From Chthoniobacteraceae bacterium (GTDB lineage: Bacteria > Verrucomicrobiota > Verrucomicrobiia > Chthoniobacterales > Chthoniobacteraceae), in NCBI GenBank assembly GCA_031409655.1, contig JANNXQ010000236.1, forward strand, positions 1 to 11,741: a stretch of 11,741 bases of DNA, written 5' to 3'. Below, piece after piece: positions 8,186 to 11,741 of the stretch (its first letter is position 1; each line of letters opens with the position of its first letter). The translations under genes were made by a program, and so were the position numbers. A model generated the notes under the pieces. The model saw only the letters and a program-made list of their open reading frames with translations. It did not search any database and had not been told where the DNA came from.

Positions 8186-9133
8186 TCACTTCCGCATCGT
8201 GCGGTACCAATCCACAAATTTCGGGATGCCTTCGGCGATTTTCGTCGTCGGCGCGTAGCCGAGCAGGCGGCGCGCTTTGTCGATGTTCGCGTAAGTCAGC
8301 GGCACGTCACCGGGCTGCTCCGGCATCCGTTTGATCTCGGCCTTTTTCCCCAGCGCCCGCTCGATGGAAGCGATGAGCTCACTCAGCGTCGTGGTCTGAC
8401 TTTCGCCAAGATTAAAGACATCGCACAGCGCCCCCTCGTAGTGGAGGCAAGCGGTGATGCCCTGCACGATGTCGTCGATGTAGGTGTAGTCGCGGCGCGT
8501 CGAGCCATCGCCAAATTGCTGGATGGGCCGCCCTTCATCGATCGCCCGGGTGAAGGAATGGATCGCGAGGTCGGGCCGTTGCCGCGGGCCATAGACGGTG
8601 AAGAAACGCAGGCTGATCGTCCGCATTCCGTAGAGGTGCGAATAGTTGGAGCAAAACTGCTCCGTGGCCATCTTCGTCGCCGCGTAGGGCGAGATGGTCT
8701 GGTTGATGAGCATGTCTTCGCTGAAAGGGGCCGTCTTGATCACGCCATAGACCGACGAACTCGATGCCGAGATAAACCGCGGCACCCCCTGCACCCGCGC
8801 CGCTTCCAGCAGATGCCATGTCCCGGTGATATTCGTGTCGATGTAAAGCTTCGGATCCTTGATGGAAGGCCGCACGCCAGCGCGCGCGGCGAGGTGGATG
8901 ATGACCTCCGGTTGCTGCTCGCGGACGATGCGTTCCACTTCGGCCCCGTCCCGCAGATCCGCTTCGTAGATGGGCACCTGCTTGGCAAAGGCGCCGACGT
9001 TCGCGCGCTTGATGGCGGGGTCGTAGAATTCGTTGAAATCGTCCAGCACGCTCACGGCATGGCCCTCCGCGAGGAGTCGTTCGACCAGATTGGAGCCAAT
9101 GAACCCGGCTCCGCCGGTCACGAGAATTTTCAT
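8186..9133 (-). CDS. NAD-dependent nucleotide-sugar epimerase, UDP-glucuronate 4-epimerase-like (315 aa)
   Basis: MKILVTGGAGFIGS, HLAARAGVRPS, ASSSSVYG, YAATK catalytic motif, LRFFTVYGPRQRPDLAI, TRRDYTYIDD, QPGDV. Confidence 0.93.
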   Translation of the reverse strand: MKILVTGGAGFIGSNLVERLLAEGHAVSVLDDFNEFYDPAIKRANVGAFAKQVPIYEADLRDGAEVERIVREQQPEVIIHLAARAGVRPSIKDPKLYIDTNITGTWHLLEAARVQGVPRFISASSSSVYGVIKTAPFSEDMLINQTISPYAATKMATEQFCSNYSHLYGMRTISLRFFTVYGPRQRPDLAIHSFTRAIDEGRPIQQFGDGSTRRDYTYIDDIVQGITACLHYEGALCDVFNLGESQTTTLSELIASIERALGKKAEIKRMPEQPGDVPLTYANIDKARRLLGYAPTTKIAEGIPKFVDWYRTMRK

Positions 9134-9139
9134 AGAGCC

Positions 9140-9169
9140 ACCGTAGCGAACTGCGGAAAACGCGGGCAA
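9140..9169 (-). promoter_or_regulatory. Candidate sigma70 promoter giving a leaderless epimerase mRNA
   Basis: Minus strand TTGCCC-N18-TACGGT-N6-ATG. Confidence 0.5.
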
Positions 9170-9295
9170 GCGAAAGTTCCCCCCTGCCAAAAAAGCCCGA
9201 AAGGCCTAATCAATGCATGGATCATCGTCCCCGGCTTGTTTCCCGGTTGACACACAAAATGCCGGGTGAGATGAACCACCCCCTCAACTCCTTAT

Positions 9296-10000
9296 ATGGC
9301 CGACGAACCCTCCATTACCCCCCCCGAAGACGAAGCCGCCAAGGCCGAGACCATCCGGATCACCCTGCCCCCAAAAGGGGACCAACCGGTGAAGCGCGAG
9401 ACCGTGCGCATCAATCTGCCCGGCAAGCCAGCGGAGTTGTCGGGTCCGGGAACGTCTTCAGCGCCGAAGAAAGAGACGACTAAGATCGCCGTCGAAGGCG
9501 GTCTCACCCCGCCGCCGCCCCCAGGGCCTGCCGGAGCCAGGCCTTTCGTCCCCGGCGCCAAGCCCGGAGCCCCAATGCCACCCCGCCCGCTCGGTGCCAG
9601 CGGCGCGGCTCCACCGCCGAAGCCCCCATCTTTGGGCGCGCGCCCCATGGCCCCGCTCAAGCCTGCCGGCGCGCCTTCCGCCCCGCTCGCGCCCAGAGCA
9701 GCCGAGCCCGTCAAGGCCGCCCAGCCAAAGAAAGAAACCGCCCGCATCACCCTGCCACCCGAAGGCGCCAAGGTCGGAATGCCCAAGGCCACGGTGAAGA
9801 TGCAGCAGACCCAGCCGCTCGTCCGCCAGCCCTCCACCGTCCAAGCCTCACCCGTGATCCAGCAGGCCGCCCTCTCCATGTCCCCGGTCTCCGAAGGGCC
9901 GGACAGCGGCACCACCATCATGAGCATCGCCGCCTTCGTCTTTTCCCTCGCCGCCCTCGGCCTTTCCTTCTGGGCCTACAGCGCTTCTGGCGTGCAGTAA
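9296..10000 (+). CDS. Proline-rich, largely disordered protein with repeated KxETx[RK]I motifs and a C-terminal transmembrane anchor (234 aa)
   Basis: Codons mostly end in G/C like the host genes. Motifs KAETIRITLPP, KRETVRINLPG, KKETTKIAV, KKETARITLPP. Hydrophobic tail IMSIAAFVFSLAALGLSFWAY followed by 6 residues; no N-terminal signal peptide. Confidence 0.85.
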   Translation: MADEPSITPPEDEAAKAETIRITLPPKGDQPVKRETVRINLPGKPAELSGPGTSSAPKKETTKIAVEGGLTPPPPPGPAGARPFVPGAKPGAPMPPRPLGASGAAPPPKPPSLGARPMAPLKPAGAPSAPLAPRAAEPVKAAQPKKETARITLPPEGAKVGMPKATVKMQQTQPLVRQPSTVQASPVIQQAALSMSPVSEGPDSGTTIMSIAAFVFSLAALGLSFWAYSASGVQ

Positions 10001-10031
10001 ATTTAACCCTCCTTCCGCAACCTCTCCATCT

Positions 10032-10361
10032 ATGGCCAGCGCCAACGTCCTCACCATCACCGACGCCAACTTCCAAACGGAGGTCCTCGAGAGCGACAAG
10101 CCCGTGCTCATCGACTTCTGGGCGCCATGGTGCGGACCATGCGTGCAGCTCGCCCCGATCATCGACGAGATCGCGGAAGCCCGCTTGGGCACCGCCAAAG
10201 TCGGCAAGGTAAACGTGGACGAAAACGGCACCATCGCCGGAAAATTCCGAATCAACTCGATCCCCGCGCTGCTCTTTTTTAAAGGCGGCGAAGTCCGCGA
10301 TCAGCTCGTCGGCCGCGTGCCGAAGGCGGAGATCCTGGCAAAGCTCGACGCGCTGGCCTGA
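10032..10361 (+). CDS. trxA: Thioredoxin (109 aa)
   Basis: PVLIDFWAPWCGPC active site, KVNVDEN, cis-Pro motif SIPALLFFKGG. Confidence 0.96.
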   Translation: MASANVLTITDANFQTEVLESDKPVLIDFWAPWCGPCVQLAPIIDEIAEARLGTAKVGKVNVDENGTIAGKFRINSIPALLFFKGGEVRDQLVGRVPKAEILAKLDALA

Positions 10362-10530
10362 CCCACCGGGAGCGCCGCGGCGGGTGATCGGGGATGGAAA
10401 TCCGCTGCTGGCGAGGATCGTTGGTATCGAGAATCACCTGGCTCCCTTCCTGATTTACGGGCCGATCGCCGAAATTCCAGCCGAGCAGCTTGATCAAGTC
10501 TGCCCCGGTCAGATCGCGCGGCAACTTCAT
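10362..10530 (-). pseudogene. hicA: Truncated HicA-family mRNA interferase remnant
   Basis: MKLPRDLTGADLIKLL...QEGSQVIL...RISIPDH matches the HicA pattern, but the catalytic GSH reads GSQ. Similarity appears to shift frame (ALPVG, resembling LRVG) and ends at the trxA stop; the C-terminal helices are missing. Confidence 0.75.
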
Positions 10531-10733
10531 GCTCCCACCAGCCCTTCGTCACGCACCAGGTGCAACCGAATCGCCGAAGGCTTGGGCTGGTCGAAAAAAT
10601 AAGCGCTCACCGCTTCTTTGACGTTGGCCCGCAATGCATCCCAAGTGTCTCTCTGAGTGAATATGTCGCGGGATAGCCACTCGCCCACAAACCCGCCATC
10701 GGCTTCCTGAGTAGTGCTGAAAAGGACTTCCGT
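10527..10733 (-). pseudogene. hicB: Short HicB-family antitoxin remnant with mutated start (ACG)
   Basis: Not in the ORF track. The frame reads (T)EVLFSTTQEADGGFVGEWLSRDIFTQRDTWDALRANVKEAVSAYFFDQPKPSAIRLHLVRDEGLVGA*. Its TGA overlaps the hicA ATG (ATGA). No ATG/GTG/TTG lies between the upstream in-frame stop and the ACG. Confidence 0.75.
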
Positions 10734-10960
10734 TTCCCCGAGGCAGCAGAGAGCCGCACCGGAAACAAGCTGACCAATCTTTCACCACGAAGTTCAGGTT
10801 GCTCGCCGTTCCCGCGGCCACCCTTCGCGCTGCGTGCGGCGGGCGATGTCGCTCCGCTCCATTCCCCGCGCAAAAAAGTGGTGTTCCCAAGTCCTCCACT
10901 TGGCAACGACGGTGGAAAATTGGATCGATCAGTCAAGAATTGTCGCCTGACCCGTACTTC

Positions 10961-11344
10961 CTAGGAGGCCGTTGGTTGTCTTGGGAAATAACGCACATTC
11001 GGAAGGTCCTTGAAGTGCTCGTCCTGCGTCCAGAGAGTCGCTTCGTGGCGCATCGCCGTCGTGTAAATGATGCTGTCTGCCAGCGTCAGCGGATGGCGCG
11101 CAGCCTCCAGCGCCAGCGCACAATCCAAGTCGATAAGTTGGCCACCCTGCATCATGCTGGCGACTTGGAGCGCGTCATCCTCGCCACGCTCCCGAAGAAC
11201 CTTCTTGAAGACCTCGTAAATGGAAATGGCCGGCACGACAAGGTTCTCAGCGTCCTCAATGGCACATGCGAACAACGGCGCGCGGTCGCTGTCCGTGAAG
11301 TATTCGAGCCAGCCGGATGAATCAACGACATTGGCAGCGCTCAC
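10961..11344 (-). CDS. vapC: VapC-family PIN-domain toxin (127 aa)
   Basis: VVDSSGWLEY, IYEV, LADSII, LWTQDEHF: the acidic PIN residues are present; ATGA overlap with the antitoxin. Confidence 0.92.
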   Translation of the reverse strand: MSAANVVDSSGWLEYFTDSDRAPLFACAIEDAENLVVPAISIYEVFKKVLRERGEDDALQVASMMQGGQLIDLDCALALEAARHPLTLADSIIYTTAMRHEATLWTQDEHFKDLPNVRYFPRQPTAS

Positions 11345-11547
11345 AGGCGGTCGTCCTCCCGTTCGATGGTCGTGTCCATGCCACGGAGGAAGCCCCGCAT
11401 CTGCTGAATCGGGCGAACGGGAATGAATTCTACTCTGTTGGCGTAGCGCAAAACACGGAGCTTCTCGCCTGCCGTGAGATGCAGTGCCTCACGAATGGCC
11501 TGTGGAATGACAACCTGAAACTTGGGTGAGAGCGTGACGGTATCCAT
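11341..11547 (-). CDS. vapB: AbrB/MazE/SpoVT-family antitoxin (68 aa)
   Basis: MDTVTLSPKFQVVIPQAIREALHLTAGEKL swapped-hairpin signature; directly upstream of the PIN toxin. Confidence 0.92.
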   Translation of the reverse strand: MDTVTLSPKFQVVIPQAIREALHLTAGEKLRVLRYANRVEFIPVRPIQQMRGFLRGMDTTIEREDDRL

Positions 11548-11588
11548 ATCGATGCGGGTATCGTATGACGATTCTCTTATCGATGCAA
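11548..11588 (-). promoter_or_regulatory. vapBC promoter overlapped by a dyad-symmetric operator
   Basis: Minus strand TTGCAT (11588-11583)-N17-TACGAT (11565-11560). Symmetric array ATCGAT-N6-ATCGT-N3-ACGAT-N6-ATCGAT at 11548-11584. Confidence 0.7.
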
Positions 11589-11689
11589 GCGCGCGAATCG
11601 GCCTAGACCTTATGGCTGCCCTCTCTGTGAGCGTCCCGTTTTCTGAAAAAGAGAAGCGGTGTGCTTGAAGGAGTGGCGAAGCGCGGGTT

Positions 11690-11707
11690 GCCCGGATAAA
11701 TCCGGGC
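11690..11707. repeat. Perfect short inverted repeat (REP-like hairpin)
   Basis: GCCCGGAT-AA-ATCCGGGC. Confidence 0.45.
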
Positions 11708-11741
11708 CTTGCCGCAGATGCGGGAGCACCGCCGGAGCGGC

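Noticed and set aside
86..8334. Long plus-strand ORFs (86..1903, 2068..3327, 3051..4355, 4439..5470, 7018..8334 and others)
   Set aside because: Antisense shadows of recognisable minus-strand genes; expected from high-GC codon bias, with no motifs of their own.
9247..9252. Perfect TTGACA upstream of the Pro-rich gene
   Set aside because: No acceptable -10 hexamer at 16-18 nt spacing, so not called as a promoter.
10549..11320. ORFs 10549..10899, 10607..10936 and 10799..11320
   Set aside because: No recognisable motifs; they overlap the hicB relic or vapC in other frames or on the other strand.
1..11741. CRISPR array, tRNA/rRNA, transposase or integrase
   Set aside because: No regularly spaced DNA repeats, cloverleaf or rRNA-like sequence, or recombinase motifs seen; the repeats at 9341-9802 are peptide-level only.

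Overview
High-GC bacterial chromosomal region. Gene content, lack of Shine-Dalgarno motifs and CTTGC-type -35 boxes suggest Verrucomicrobiota (inference). Minus strand, from 9133 leftwards: NDP-sugar epimerase, ArgE/DapE-family M20 hydrolase, a small ORF plus nucleotidyltransferase pair resembling a MenA1/MenT1 toxin-antitoxin module (toxin apparently frameshifted), archaeal/eukaryotic-type proS, hom, thrC, and a 601-aa TPR protein. Divergently on the plus strand: a proline-rich tail-anchored membrane protein and trxA. At the right end (minus strand): a decayed hicB-hicA pair and an intact AbrB-type vapB-vapC pair with a symmetric operator. The most interesting observations are (1) the TPR protein ends in an apparent stand-alone Hsp70/DnaK substrate-binding beta domain with no ATPase domain or lid, (2) the tail-anchored protein carries 4-5 copies of a K-x-E-T-x-[RK]-I motif resembling pThr/FHA docking sites, and (3) a MenT-like putative tRNA-targeting toxin module sits directly upstream of proS. 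Family assignments are by eye from motifs and recalled sequences; no searches were run.
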